Source: Clostridia bacterium
GTDB taxonomy: Bacteria > Bacillota > Clostridia > Oscillospirales > CAG-272
Reading direction: 5' to 3'
Length of the DNA: 64,000 nucleotides
NCBI GenBank assembly: GCA_017467815.1
Contig: JAFUKI010000057.1
Span: forward strand, 72,155 to 136,154
Of this stretch, positions 18,337-27,613 are shown piece after piece. The stretch's first letter is position 1. Each line of letters starts with the position of its first letter. A program made the position numbers and the translations under genes. The notes beneath the pieces are model-generated. The model was given only the letters and a program-made list of their open reading frames with translations, was not told the DNA's origin and did no database searches.

Positions 18337-19422
18337 ATGTCATCATTTGGAATAAATGTTTTTGATTTCGGCGCAAAAGGAGACGGTATCACCGATGATA
18401 CTGCCGCCATTCAGAGAGCCATTGATTTTGCTGCAGAACGGGGCGGAGGAAAAATACTGTTTCCCTATACCAAGGGAGGTTACCGGGTCGCGTCCCCCGG
18501 CATCGAAGAAGTGAACGGGAAACCGGTACGTGCACAGCTTGTAATTCCCGCCGGTGATACCAATATTCAACTGGAGGGAGAAATGCCCTGCCGTCTTCTG
18601 AATTCTTATATTGTACGTACCCTGGATGCGGTACAGTACAACTTCAAACCCACCACCTTCGGTACGATGCGCACGGACAACACCAGGATCTTCTCCGACT
18701 GGGAAGCCCCGGAAGAACACGATCCCACTGCCCGTCCCTGGGCTATTCTTGCCGCACCGGAAGGCACTTCCTGTAAGGGAAAATTCAGCGTAAGCCATTT
18801 TTCCATTACCAACCTGGAATTCAGAGTACCCCTGAACACAGAAAAAATGTATCCCACCCAGACCGCTGTGAATCTGCAGAATGTGTCCCGTATACAGGTT
18901 ACCGACTCTCAGTTCTGTCTGAATGAACAGGTGGGTGATACGGTCCTGGGAAAGGAACTGCAGCCCAATCCCTGTCACACAGCCGGTCTGATCACATCGG
19001 GAGATCAGAACGACGACAATGTTTTACGCAATGTAGCGGTACAGGGTTTTCGCTATGGTTTCGTCTGCGGCGAGCACGTTGTTGCGGATTATCTGTACAT
19101 ACACAACTGCGAGGAGGGCATCACCTTCCACGATTGTTCCCATCTTTCCGTGATCGGTCATATTGTAGCGCAGCATAACAGGATCATCCTGTCCACCACC
19201 ACTGCCGATCTGTTCGGTATGCCGAAAGGTCCCTGCAACGTACTGGTGGAAACCGTCAATTTCGAATGCGGTTCCGGGCATAAACCGGCAGTCTGCGTTT
19301 TGAAATACGGTGTTCACGACCCCGAAAACCGTCTCCACGGATCCCTGACATGGCATAAACCCTGGGGAAGTCAGAAATTCCCCACAGTATGCGGCGACAG
19401 TTTTGCTATCAGACATTTCTGA
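18337..19422 (+). CDS. pectate-lyase-superfamily (right-handed beta-helix) glycosidase-like protein
   Basis: N-terminus INVFDFGAKGDGITDDTAAIQRAIDFAAERGGGKILFP is the Pectate_lyase_3/GH28-GH55-like signature. 361 aa, GGAGG RBS, no signal peptide seen. Confidence 0.75.
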   Translation: MSSFGINVFDFGAKGDGITDDTAAIQRAIDFAAERGGGKILFPYTKGGYRVASPGIEEVNGKPVRAQLVIPAGDTNIQLEGEMPCRLLNSYIVRTLDAVQYNFKPTTFGTMRTDNTRIFSDWEAPEEHDPTARPWAILAAPEGTSCKGKFSVSHFSITNLEFRVPLNTEKMYPTQTAVNLQNVSRIQVTDSQFCLNEQVGDTVLGKELQPNPCHTAGLITSGDQNDDNVLRNVAVQGFRYGFVCGEHVVADYLYIHNCEEGITFHDCSHLSVIGHIVAQHNRIILSTTTADLFGMPKGPCNVLVETVNFECGSGHKPAVCVLKYGVHDPENRLHGSLTWHKPWGSQKFPTVCGDSFAIRHF

Positions 19423-19591
19423 TACAGATACCCTCCCGCTGTGCCTTACTGCCTGCATATCCTGATCCCTTTTCACAAAAGAAATATCCTTATAAGATTG
19501 ACTTATCTGAAATTTGTGGTAAAATTAATTTTATACAGAACATTTTATTTTTTATTCCCGAATGACAAAATGTTTTTCCGGAGGCAGATCT

Positions 19592-22309
19592 ATGAACGCT
19601 AACAAAACCAGACTCATCAAGAACAGCATTGCATTCATCCTGGTAATACTGATGGGATTGGGTCTTGTGCCCCTCAGTGCTGTAACTCCCACAGAAGATA
19701 CAGCCATTCCAACCGCTGATGTCAGTCAGAGATTCCCCACAAACACGCCAAGACCGGTATTCATGCTGCTTTCGTCGGACATTTCTGCGGAAAGTGTGGC
19801 ATTGTCCAATGAATTATATAACGGTTTTCTGGGATATGATCCCGAACTGTTTTTGCTGACCGATGAAGGTATCAAGGACCTGGGTTGGTCCGACGTCGGT
19901 ACAGATGAAGATCTGAAATATATGGAAGAGATCGCTTACAGTATTGTCGCAGACTGCAGCAGTACGGACGAGATGATCTTTGCCGTTACCAAGTACATTG
20001 CCCGGAACATCGGTTACGATCACGATTATCTGAACGGGAAAAAGGAATATACCGAGATGGCGCTGAACCCCTGGGATGTTCTGGAGTTCGGAGCTACAGT
20101 ATGTGAAGGATATGCCAGAACAACCGCGGCGCTTCTCCAGATTCTGGATATCCCCTGTATCTACGTACTTGCCCCCGATCATGCCTGGAATATGGCATAC
20201 AACGGCGAAAGATGGATGCTGATCGACACCACCTGGATTTCCGGAAGTACTTTCGAGGACGGTATACTGACAAAATCCGACGATCTGTGGCTGGATTGGT
20301 ATGACTTCACCATCGAACAGGCCAATGCAGACGCCAACCATACGATCCAAGAACTGGCAATGTCCGTTGTGGACGGTGTACTGACGAAATTCCCCTATTT
20401 TACAAAACAGACGGAAGTCACCATTCCCGCAAGTGTACATACGATTGACACTTACGTTACCTATCCCGGCGGCATTATCGAAACGGTTCATCTGCCGAAA
20501 TCCGTAACCTGCATCCGTGAGACTTCCTTCTATTTCGGAGAAACATTGGAAACGGTATATTATGGCGGTTCTTCTGCCGATTTCTCCGCTATCGAAATGG
20601 AAAACTGGAATCAGGATCTTACGGAATGTACGGATATCCGGTACCTTGATGAAGTTTCCGCACCGTATATTACCGAGCATCCTGCGGATACATTTACTGC
20701 TGTCGGAACATCCGTTACACTTTCAGCCGGTGCATCCTGCCATTCGGGGACCCTTACCTATCAGTGGTATGAAACAACAAGCCGTACCAACGAAAACGGA
20801 ACACCCGTTGCCGGTGCTGTAACCGCCTCTCTTACCATCGCACCGGATACCGTCGGTGAAATCTATTATTATCTGAAAGCAACGGTAACCGACCCTTCCT
20901 GTACCGGTACCGATACCAAATCGGCAAAGACAGCCCCGTGCCAAGTCCGTGTTTTTGAAGAAGCACCTTCTTCCGTAAAACGGATCGGACCTAACGCAGT
21001 GATGTACGTTTTTGATACCGCCAACACTGTACGTATGGAAGGTTCCGGCGAAGTTTCCGTAAACTGGTGGGATATCCCGTATCAGAGTACGATATACATC
21101 GACAAAGATATCACCGCGATTGCCGATGCAGGTTATTCTCTGGGACATTCTGCAAAAATTGTTGTGGAAGACGGCAGTTCGGCTTACAGAAGCGATGATG
21201 CCGGTGCATTGTATGATCTGAAAGAATCCGCACTGCTGGTATTGCCGGAATATTCTTCCGCAACCGATTACGAAGTACCGGAAGGTACAAAAATCATAGC
21301 CGAAGATGCAATCAACGTACCTTTGACTACCCTCTCTCTGCCGGGAAGTCTGGAAGTGATTGAAGGGTCTCTCGCAATGCCCCTGTATCTTACAGAGATT
21401 ACCGTCAGCCCCGACAATCAGAATTTTTACATTGACAGTTATGGCGCACTGATTGACAAAGCCGGCAAGAGAATCGTTCTGTATCCCGGCAGCGCATCCA
21501 TAATTTCGGAATATGTCGTTCCGGATGGTATAGAGTATATCGAAGAACGTGCATTCATGTATGCGGATATCCGCTCCATCATATTCAATGACGATCTGAT
21601 ATCCATCGGTGATTACGCATTTTTCAACAGCAATTATTTCTCCGAACTTGAATTTCCCTATTCCCTGAAGTCCATCGGTTCTTTTGCTTTCAAAGCCGAC
21701 TACAGTCTGACAGATGTGTATTTCAGAGGAAATGTTCCGGAAGAGTGGGGAGCCGATGTTTTCACTCCCTACGGTGACAACGAGCCGGTAACCATCCATT
21801 ACGCAGACACTGCCTCCGGCTGGAGTACCCCTACCTGGAAACACCCCGATGATACAACCACATATACCGTACTGCCCTTTGAAAGCGGGGATATTCAGGT
21901 AATCAGCATCGGTGCTGAGTATACTGTATACAAGCAGGTTGTAACTGTTAAAAATGCCGCTTCCGCCTGCCGAGTCGGTTACCTTGCCAATAACGGGTAT
22001 ATCGCCGTTGATGCAGTGAAGAACACAGACGGCAGCTACAGCTTTACTGTTCCCGAGGGAATTGACAGTGCTTATCTGGTAATCATCGGAGATGTCAATC
22101 AGGACGGCAAACTGGATACTACCGATGCAGAACTTCTTGCCCACGCTCTACTGCCTTCCCATTTCGCAACCCATGAAGACTTGACCAGTGCACAGATTTT
22201 TGCAGCCGATATCAACGGAAACGGCAAATTGAACTCTGCGGACAAAACATTGCTTGCACGCAGTTTCCTGAATGAATCCCATGCAATGCATAAAGCGCTG
22301 GAATGGTGA
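19592..22309 (+). CDS. secreted multidomain protein: transglutaminase-like cysteine protease core + Ig-like + BspA-type leucine-rich repeats + C-terminal dockerin
   Basis: - Signal peptide: MNANKTRLIKNSIAFILVILMGLGLVPLSA.
- Cys/His/Asp core: VCEGYARTTAALLQILDIPCIYVLAPDHAWNMAY...WMLIDTTW.
- LRR-type repeats in the central/C-terminal region.
- Two Ca-binding dockerin loops: DVNQDGKLDTTD and DINGNGKLNSAD (about nt 22088-22270).
- Start set at ATG 19592 behind GGAGG. Confidence 0.85.
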   Translation: MNANKTRLIKNSIAFILVILMGLGLVPLSAVTPTEDTAIPTADVSQRFPTNTPRPVFMLLSSDISAESVALSNELYNGFLGYDPELFLLTDEGIKDLGWSDVGTDEDLKYMEEIAYSIVADCSSTDEMIFAVTKYIARNIGYDHDYLNGKKEYTEMALNPWDVLEFGATVCEGYARTTAALLQILDIPCIYVLAPDHAWNMAYNGERWMLIDTTWISGSTFEDGILTKSDDLWLDWYDFTIEQANADANHTIQELAMSVVDGVLTKFPYFTKQTEVTIPASVHTIDTYVTYPGGIIETVHLPKSVTCIRETSFYFGETLETVYYGGSSADFSAIEMENWNQDLTECTDIRYLDEVSAPYITEHPADTFTAVGTSVTLSAGASCHSGTLTYQWYETTSRTNENGTPVAGAVTASLTIAPDTVGEIYYYLKATVTDPSCTGTDTKSAKTAPCQVRVFEEAPSSVKRIGPNAVMYVFDTANTVRMEGSGEVSVNWWDIPYQSTIYIDKDITAIADAGYSLGHSAKIVVEDGSSAYRSDDAGALYDLKESALLVLPEYSSATDYEVPEGTKIIAEDAINVPLTTLSLPGSLEVIEGSLAMPLYLTEITVSPDNQNFYIDSYGALIDKAGKRIVLYPGSASIISEYVVPDGIEYIEERAFMYADIRSIIFNDDLISIGDYAFFNSNYFSELEFPYSLKSIGSFAFKADYSLTDVYFRGNVPEEWGADVFTPYGDNEPVTIHYADTASGWSTPTWKHPDDTTTYTVLPFESGDIQVISIGAEYTVYKQVVTVKNAASACRVGYLANNGYIAVDAVKNTDGSYSFTVPEGIDSAYLVIIGDVNQDGKLDTTDAELLAHALLPSHFATHEDLTSAQIFAADINGNGKLNSADKTLLARSFLNESHAMHKALEW

Positions 22310-22400
22310 CAGCTTTATCCTTTTACAGACTGAATTTCACCGATCAGAGGATAAACCTTTGTCCCCCAACCTTAACAGTAGAATATGGAGGAAAAACATT

Positions 22401-23198
22401 ATGTATATTGAAGTAGCTGCCCACAGAGGCAACGTGGCACTCTGCCCGGAAAATACCATGCCTGCATTCCGTTCCGCTTATGATATCGGCGCGGATATGA
22501 TCGAATTGGATCTGCACATGACCAAGGACGGAGAAATCGTGCTGATCCATGACGGAGATCTTGCCCGTACCGCCGATGTTGCCGGTAAGATCCGTGATCT
22601 GACACTGGAAGAAATCCGCCGTGCCGATGTAGGCATCAAAAAAGGCGAGGAATTCAAAGGTACCCGTGTACCGACGCTCCGGGAATTCTGCGAATATGTG
22701 GCTGCCAAGGACAATACCATGCAGTTCAATTTTGAGTTCAAGGATTACTTCCGTGACGGTGAAGAATGGGCAAAGGAATCCGCTGATAAAGCCATCGCCA
22801 TGATCGACAGCTATGGTCTCTGGGAACGCAGTTTTGTCAACAGCTTTGACGGAAGACTTCTTTCCTATATTGAAGAAAAATACGACAGCCGCTTCCGTCT
22901 CCACGGTTTTTACCCCTATAGTATTCTGGGTGATGTACTGCCGAAAAAGCTGTACTGCGCCTGCCTCTGGAAATACAAAAATCCCGACGGTACCCCTGCC
23001 TTTGAAGGTGTGATCAATCCCAAGAAGGATTTTGATGCCCTTATGGAACAGGGTGTTCACGTATGGGTCGGTGCTTCTGTTCGCACTATTGAAGATATGG
23101 CACGGGCGGCGGAAATGGGTGCGGAACTGATCACATCCAACGAACCTGCCTTCATGATAGCAGAACTGGAAAAAGCCGGTCTGCGTGTAAAGGAGTAA
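22401..23198 (+). CDS. glycerophosphodiester phosphodiesterase family protein
   Basis: Motifs VAAHRGN and IELDLHMTKDGEIVLIHD. Start moved to ATG 22401 behind TGGAGG; the track start 22272 lies inside the upstream gene. Confidence 0.85.
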   Translation: MYIEVAAHRGNVALCPENTMPAFRSAYDIGADMIELDLHMTKDGEIVLIHDGDLARTADVAGKIRDLTLEEIRRADVGIKKGEEFKGTRVPTLREFCEYVAAKDNTMQFNFEFKDYFRDGEEWAKESADKAIAMIDSYGLWERSFVNSFDGRLLSYIEEKYDSRFRLHGFYPYSILGDVLPKKLYCACLWKYKNPDGTPAFEGVINPKKDFDALMEQGVHVWVGASVRTIEDMARAAEMGAELITSNEPAFMIAELEKAGLRVKE

Positions 23199-23202
23199 AA
23201 CA

Positions 23203-23922
23203 ATGATCAAAGTATTTGCATTCGACCTTGACGGCACCCTCACCCAGCACAAAACCCCGCTGGATGACACAAACCGCAGTATTCTGGAAAAGCTGGCTTC
23301 AAAGTACACGCTGCTCATGGTAGGCGCCGGCGGCTGTATGCGGATTCACAATCAGATGGGCGGATTTCCCGTGGACATTATCGGGAATTACGGTATGCAG
23401 TATGCGAAATTCACTGACGGCGAACTGAAGCTGGTTCGGGATAATGTTTCCCCCTGTGCTGACAGAGCTGCGGTGGAAGAAAAGGTAACCATGCTTCGTG
23501 AAAAGTACGGTTTTACGGATTTTGCCGGGGATAATGTGGAATACCACGCATCCGGCTGTCTGACTTTCCCTCTGCTCGGTACCAAAGCGGCGCCGGCAGA
23601 CAAGCTGGCATTTGACCCGGACAGAAAGAAACGCCGTGCTTTTTATGGGGAAGTATGTGAACTTTTCTCCGATTACAATGTATTTGTAGGCGGTTCCTCC
23701 TCCTTTGACATGGCGCCCAAGCCGTTCAACAAGTATTACGCGCTGGATCTCTGGTGCCGTGAGAACGGATATGACCACAGTGAGGTGGTATTTGTCGGTG
23801 ACGATTACGGTGTCGGCGGCAATGATGAAAGTGTGTATCTGTCCGATTTCCACTTCGTCTGCACAGATGATTATACCCGTCTGGGAGAAGTTCTGGCTCC
23901 CTGGCTGGATGAATTGAAGTAA
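23203..23922 (+). CDS. HAD-IIB family hydrolase
   Basis: DxDGT motif FAFDLDGTL and C-terminal GDDYGVGGND motif. 4 nt after the GDPD gene. Confidence 0.8.
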   Translation: MIKVFAFDLDGTLTQHKTPLDDTNRSILEKLASKYTLLMVGAGGCMRIHNQMGGFPVDIIGNYGMQYAKFTDGELKLVRDNVSPCADRAAVEEKVTMLREKYGFTDFAGDNVEYHASGCLTFPLLGTKAAPADKLAFDPDRKKRRAFYGEVCELFSDYNVFVGGSSSFDMAPKPFNKYYALDLWCRENGYDHSEVVFVGDDYGVGGNDESVYLSDFHFVCTDDYTRLGEVLAPWLDELK

Positions 23923-24015
23923 GATGTATAAATAAGCTGTTGCACTAAGGAACCAGATCTGTAAAACACAAAAACCCATAATCGTTAGGGGGCGGTGCGC
24001 CGTCCCCTACTTGTT

Positions 24016-24050
24016 GGTGAGCGATTTAAAATAAAGCTCACCATTTTTTA
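24016..24050 (+). terminator. rho-independent terminator
   Basis: GGTGAGC-loop-GCTCACC followed by ATTTTTTATTT. Confidence 0.55.
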
Positions 24051-24122
24051 TTTCCACTAAAGTTCCATCCATCTAAAGTTGATTTTTCAACCGGCAGTTG
24101 ATCTGTTTTGCAATCCGGTTGA

Positions 24123-24167
24123 TTGCATTTCGCGATACCACGTGATATACTAATATTGACCGGTCAA
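24123..24167 (+). promoter_or_regulatory. putative promoter plus palindromic operator of the XRE-family gene
   Basis: TTGCAT (24123-24128), 17 nt, TATACT (24146-24151), then the perfect 12-nt palindrome TTGACCGGTCAA (24156-24167) at the expected transcription start. Confidence 0.35.
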
Positions 24168-24198
24168 GAATAATCCATCTAAAGGAGGTGCTGCTCTA

Positions 24199-25299
24199 AT
24201 GAATGAATTTTGCCAAAGATTAAAAACTTTACGTCTGTCCCGTAATTTGACACAATCAGAAGTAGCTGCTGCACTCAATGTTACAACACAAGCTGTTTCA
24301 AAATGGGAATCACAAATTTGTCTACCCGACATTGCACTTCTGATTCCAATTGCTGACTTTTATGGGGTAACAGTTGACTATCTTCTTGGACATGATATAA
24401 CAGAAAAAGAAAAGGAAATTTCTGATTATCTCACATACTATGATTCAAATTTTGCGTTTTATCATTCTGAAGAATGGAACGATGAAATGCAAAAAGCAAG
24501 AAAGATGCTGAGAAAATATCCAAGTGATCACAGACTTATGTTGGTATTGTGCAGTACACTGCTCATGTTTTACAAAAGATGCGATCCCGATTCCAAATAT
24601 CTCACAGAACTTCTTGAATTGTGTGAACATATAATCAGTCAAAACACAGACACACCCATTCGCCATCAGGCAACCCAATGGATGATTTACGCTTACTATG
24701 AACTGGGATTATATGAAAATGTCAAAAAGATCGTGGATACGATGCCGGATTTGTCTCTTTCCAAAGAAGCCCTTCAGTATTACTGCTCCAAATATGGTAC
24801 AAAAGAAAACCTGGTAAGTGAACAGCTTTTCGTATACAAATGCTTCTCAGAATTATGTGAAAGAATGCTGAAATACGGCACTGATGCAGATTCTCAGATG
24901 AACACACTGGATGAAAAAGTATCACTTTGTCAAACAGTAGCAGATATGGTCAAAGCATATCACCCCGATGCAGATTATGATGGATATACCTTGGAATACT
25001 TGTATCGTTCTGAAATGTATCTTGCCCTGTACGCTGCGACGGAAAATGATATGAAAAAATCTATTAATCATTTAGAAAATGCACTCGTACCTTTTGAAAA
25101 AAACAACTATTTTACCGAATCCGAAATGCAACATTCATATACATCACCGTTCTTAAATGAATTGTCTGCACCACTCGGATGTAACAAAAGTCATTATCAG
25201 AAATTGTTTCGAGAAATCACTTGCCATACTGCTTTTGATGTGTTACGTAAAGATGCCGCATTTAAAAATATTGCAATGAGAGTTCTTGACGAATTATGA
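24199..25299 (+). CDS. XRE-family HTH transcriptional regulator with long helical (TPR-like) C-terminal domain
   Basis: N-terminal HTH_3 region LKTLRLSRNLTQSEVAAALNVTTQAVSKWESQICLPDIALLIPIADFYGVTVDYLLG. AAAGGAGG RBS. Visibly AT-rich coding sequence. Confidence 0.8.
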   Translation: MNEFCQRLKTLRLSRNLTQSEVAAALNVTTQAVSKWESQICLPDIALLIPIADFYGVTVDYLLGHDITEKEKEISDYLTYYDSNFAFYHSEEWNDEMQKARKMLRKYPSDHRLMLVLCSTLLMFYKRCDPDSKYLTELLELCEHIISQNTDTPIRHQATQWMIYAYYELGLYENVKKIVDTMPDLSLSKEALQYYCSKYGTKENLVSEQLFVYKCFSELCERMLKYGTDADSQMNTLDEKVSLCQTVADMVKAYHPDADYDGYTLEYLYRSEMYLALYAATENDMKKSINHLENALVPFEKNNYFTESEMQHSYTSPFLNELSAPLGCNKSHYQKLFREITCHTAFDVLRKDAAFKNIAMRVLDEL

Positions 25300-25378
25300 G
25301 TCTCCTGTTCGATTTGATCTAAACAATCGTTTGTCATCCAGTTGCTGAATAACCCTGCTAATCAGCAGCAGTAACCCC

Positions 25379-25427
25379 AAACCGCCCGTGACGTCAGAAT
25401 AAAACCTGTCACCACGGGCGGTTTTCT
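25379..25427 (+). terminator. rho-independent terminator
   Basis: AAACCGCCCGTG...CACGGGCGGTTTTCTT. Confidence 0.5.
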
Positions 25428-25590
25428 TATAGCAATCTTCTCCTGCTGATACTCACGCAGATGCATTTGTGCAAATACAATAAATCCGCCACACAAACCC
25501 CGCTTCCATATATTACAGTTTGACAAACGCTGCCGAATCTGTTAGAATAGTAACAGCCGATACAGGCAAAAAAGACACAGGAGATTGTAT

Positions 25591-26199
25591 ATGAAAAAGT
25601 TATGTATAAACGTATTTGCATCTTTGCTTATCCTCTCAGCCATGATCCTCGGTGTATCCGCCGCACAGCCGGTACATACGGTTGTTAAGGGAGATACACT
25701 CTGGAAAATCGCATCACGGTATCAGGTAGGTACCGGCGAAATTATCACTGCCAATCCCCAGATTTCCAATCCCGATCTGATCTATCCCGGTCAGAAGGTT
25801 ACCATTCCCATGGTCGATTCCGCTGTCCTTTCCTATGAACAGCAGGTGGTCGATCTTGTCAACCGGATCCGGGTACAGAACGGTTTGAAAGAACTGAAAC
25901 ACAACTGGGAACTCAGCCGTGTGGCACGGTTTAAATCCCAGGATATGTGTGACAACCGGTATTTTTCCCACACCAGTCCTACCTACGGCTCTCCTTTCAC
26001 CATGATCCGGAACTTCGGCATCTCTTTCCGTACTGCGGGTGAAAACATTGCCAAAGGATACACCTCCCCGGAAGCCGTGGTCAATGGCTGGATGAATTCG
26101 ACCGGTCACCGGCAAAACATCCTGAACCCTTCTTACACACAGATCGGTGTGGGATATGTTGCCAACGGCAGGTACTGGACGCAGATGTTCATCGGATAA
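25591..26199 (+). CDS. LysM domain + CAP/SCP (YkwD-like) domain secreted protein
   Basis: Signal peptide, LysM (HTVVKGDTLWKIASRYQV...IYPGQKVTIP), CAP motif GHRQNILNPSYTQIGVG. ATG 25591 behind AGGAG. Confidence 0.85.
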   Translation: MKKLCINVFASLLILSAMILGVSAAQPVHTVVKGDTLWKIASRYQVGTGEIITANPQISNPDLIYPGQKVTIPMVDSAVLSYEQQVVDLVNRIRVQNGLKELKHNWELSRVARFKSQDMCDNRYFSHTSPTYGSPFTMIRNFGISFRTAGENIAKGYTSPEAVVNGWMNSTGHRQNILNPSYTQIGVGYVANGRYWTQMFIG

Positions 26200-26275
26200 A
26201 TCCCTTTCTGCAGGGGTAATCCGGGGAGCCGATTCCTTTGCAAAAACTGCATAATGTGCTGTTCTGAAAACACAG

Positions 26276-26327
26276 AAAAAGACGTATCGCATTTACATGG
26301 AAAATGTACTTTGCAATACGTCTTTTT
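26276..26327. terminator. long hairpin between convergent genes
   Basis: AAAAAGACGTATCGCA...TGCAATACGTCTTTTT with A/T runs on both sides. Confidence 0.45.
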
Positions 26328-26332
26328 GTTAT

Positions 26333-27097
26333 TTATCTGTCGCTGTCAACCGTCCCAAAATGCTTCCGGTACATCCGATAGAAATTGCTGTAATTCTCAT
26401 ACCCGACCCGCTTTGCCGCTGCGGTGACCGACATTCCGTCACGGATCAGTTTATTGGCAAGAGCCATTCTTTTCTGGAGGATGTATTGTTTCGGAGATAT
26501 GTTCATTTTCCGCTGAAATATATGGCAGACGGAAGATTTGGACTGGGGAATACAGGCAGCCAGGTCGGACAGGAGGATCTTCTCACACAGATGCTCGTCG
26601 ATATAGGAGATCAGTTTCTCCAGCCACTTATCCACCTCGTCGCTGTGGGAAATGTGCTCCCCCTGTATACTGTCGTAGAATGCCCGGATCATCAGGCTCT
26701 CTGCCAGCGGTTCGTAAAACGCAGGCTGTTCCGACAGGCAGATTTCCCTGAGTCCGCTGAGAGAATGGCAGTAAAAAACCGGAATTTCCATATGGTTTTC
26801 CGGAAAATGTCCCCGCAGGACTTCCGGAATCGCGCTGCGGTCAAACATCACCGTAACCCTGCGGTACAGGCATTTCCGGTTGGTCTCCACCGTATGGTAA
26901 CACAGCGGCGGAATGATTATGGTCTGGTCCAGTCTGAGGTGATACAGCCGTCCTTCCACAGCTATGGTGATCTCCCCTTCCAGAACCGTGATCAGTTCAT
27001 ACAGTGCATGACAGTGCTGTTCCCACAGTACCGTATTGTCCACATAGCTTTCCAGATATTCAAACGCAAACCGGTCGTTATGCAGGCAGTTTCCCAT
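26333..27097 (-). CDS. AraC family transcriptional regulator
   Basis: Cupin-like N-terminal domain plus C-terminal double HTH (SKSSVCHIFQRKMNISPKQYILQKRMALA...VGYENYSNFYRMYRKHFG). Start moved to ATG 27097 behind GGAGGGGAG. Confidence 0.85.
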   Translation of the reverse strand: MGNCLHNDRFAFEYLESYVDNTVLWEQHCHALYELITVLEGEITIAVEGRLYHLRLDQTIIIPPLCYHTVETNRKCLYRRVTVMFDRSAIPEVLRGHFPENHMEIPVFYCHSLSGLREICLSEQPAFYEPLAESLMIRAFYDSIQGEHISHSDEVDKWLEKLISYIDEHLCEKILLSDLAACIPQSKSSVCHIFQRKMNISPKQYILQKRMALANKLIRDGMSVTAAAKRVGYENYSNFYRMYRKHFGTVDSDR

Positions 27098-27242
27098 ACG
27101 CTCCCCTCCTTTTTCCTTATTGTACCGCAAATTTGCAAGAAAAGCAATATAAAAATCCACAAAAAGTAATATAAATTGCTTTTATTTTATGTTATAATAA
27201 AATTATGGAGATTATTTGAAACTCTGCTGAGGCGGAAATATC

Positions 27243-27545
27243 ATGAACCATAATGAAATGCTGAGATATCTGCTGAAAGTGGCGGATCCGATTGTGCATA
27301 CCTACACTGAAGACCAGCTGCTGGCAAATTTGCCCCATTTCCACAAAGAAAGAATACGGCGAACTCTGCCGCAGAATGATCCGCAATCAGGTGCTTCCGG
27401 ATGTCCTTCTCCCCCTCGGACTTTCCGACACCGACCCCTTCTGGACAGACGAAGATATGCCGTGGACCCAGAAGCGCATCTGGAACAGAGAAGATGTACC
27501 GGGCGATTATCCGAAGCATTCAGTTATCGTTTGCCGATGCCATAA
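27243..27545 (+). pseudogene. short frameshifted gene remnant (possibly DUF2264-like C-terminus)
   Basis: Two overlapping frames: 27243.. gives MNHNEMLRYLLKVADPIVHTY...; 27292.. gives ...EYGELCRRMIRNQVLPDVLLPLGLSDTDPFWTDEDMPWTQKRIWN. The second piece resembles the LGLxxxHPFWTxxExPWT C-terminal signature of DUF2264 proteins (from memory). The total length is far too short for that family. Confidence 0.3.
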
Positions 27546-27613
27546 GGTAAAGCATTCCCCTGTTATTCTGCATTCCATGAAGTACACTATCATATATAAA
27601 AAGGAATTCGTTT

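Noticed and set aside
23985-24010. Shared motif AGGGGGCG...TCCCCTAC near 23985 and 34170-34210, at the edges of the two AT-rich genes (possible att-like or repeat boundary)
   Set aside because: Similarity is limited to about 8 + 8 nt with different spacing. Only the first copy forms a hairpin, and no matching motif is present at the opposite edges.
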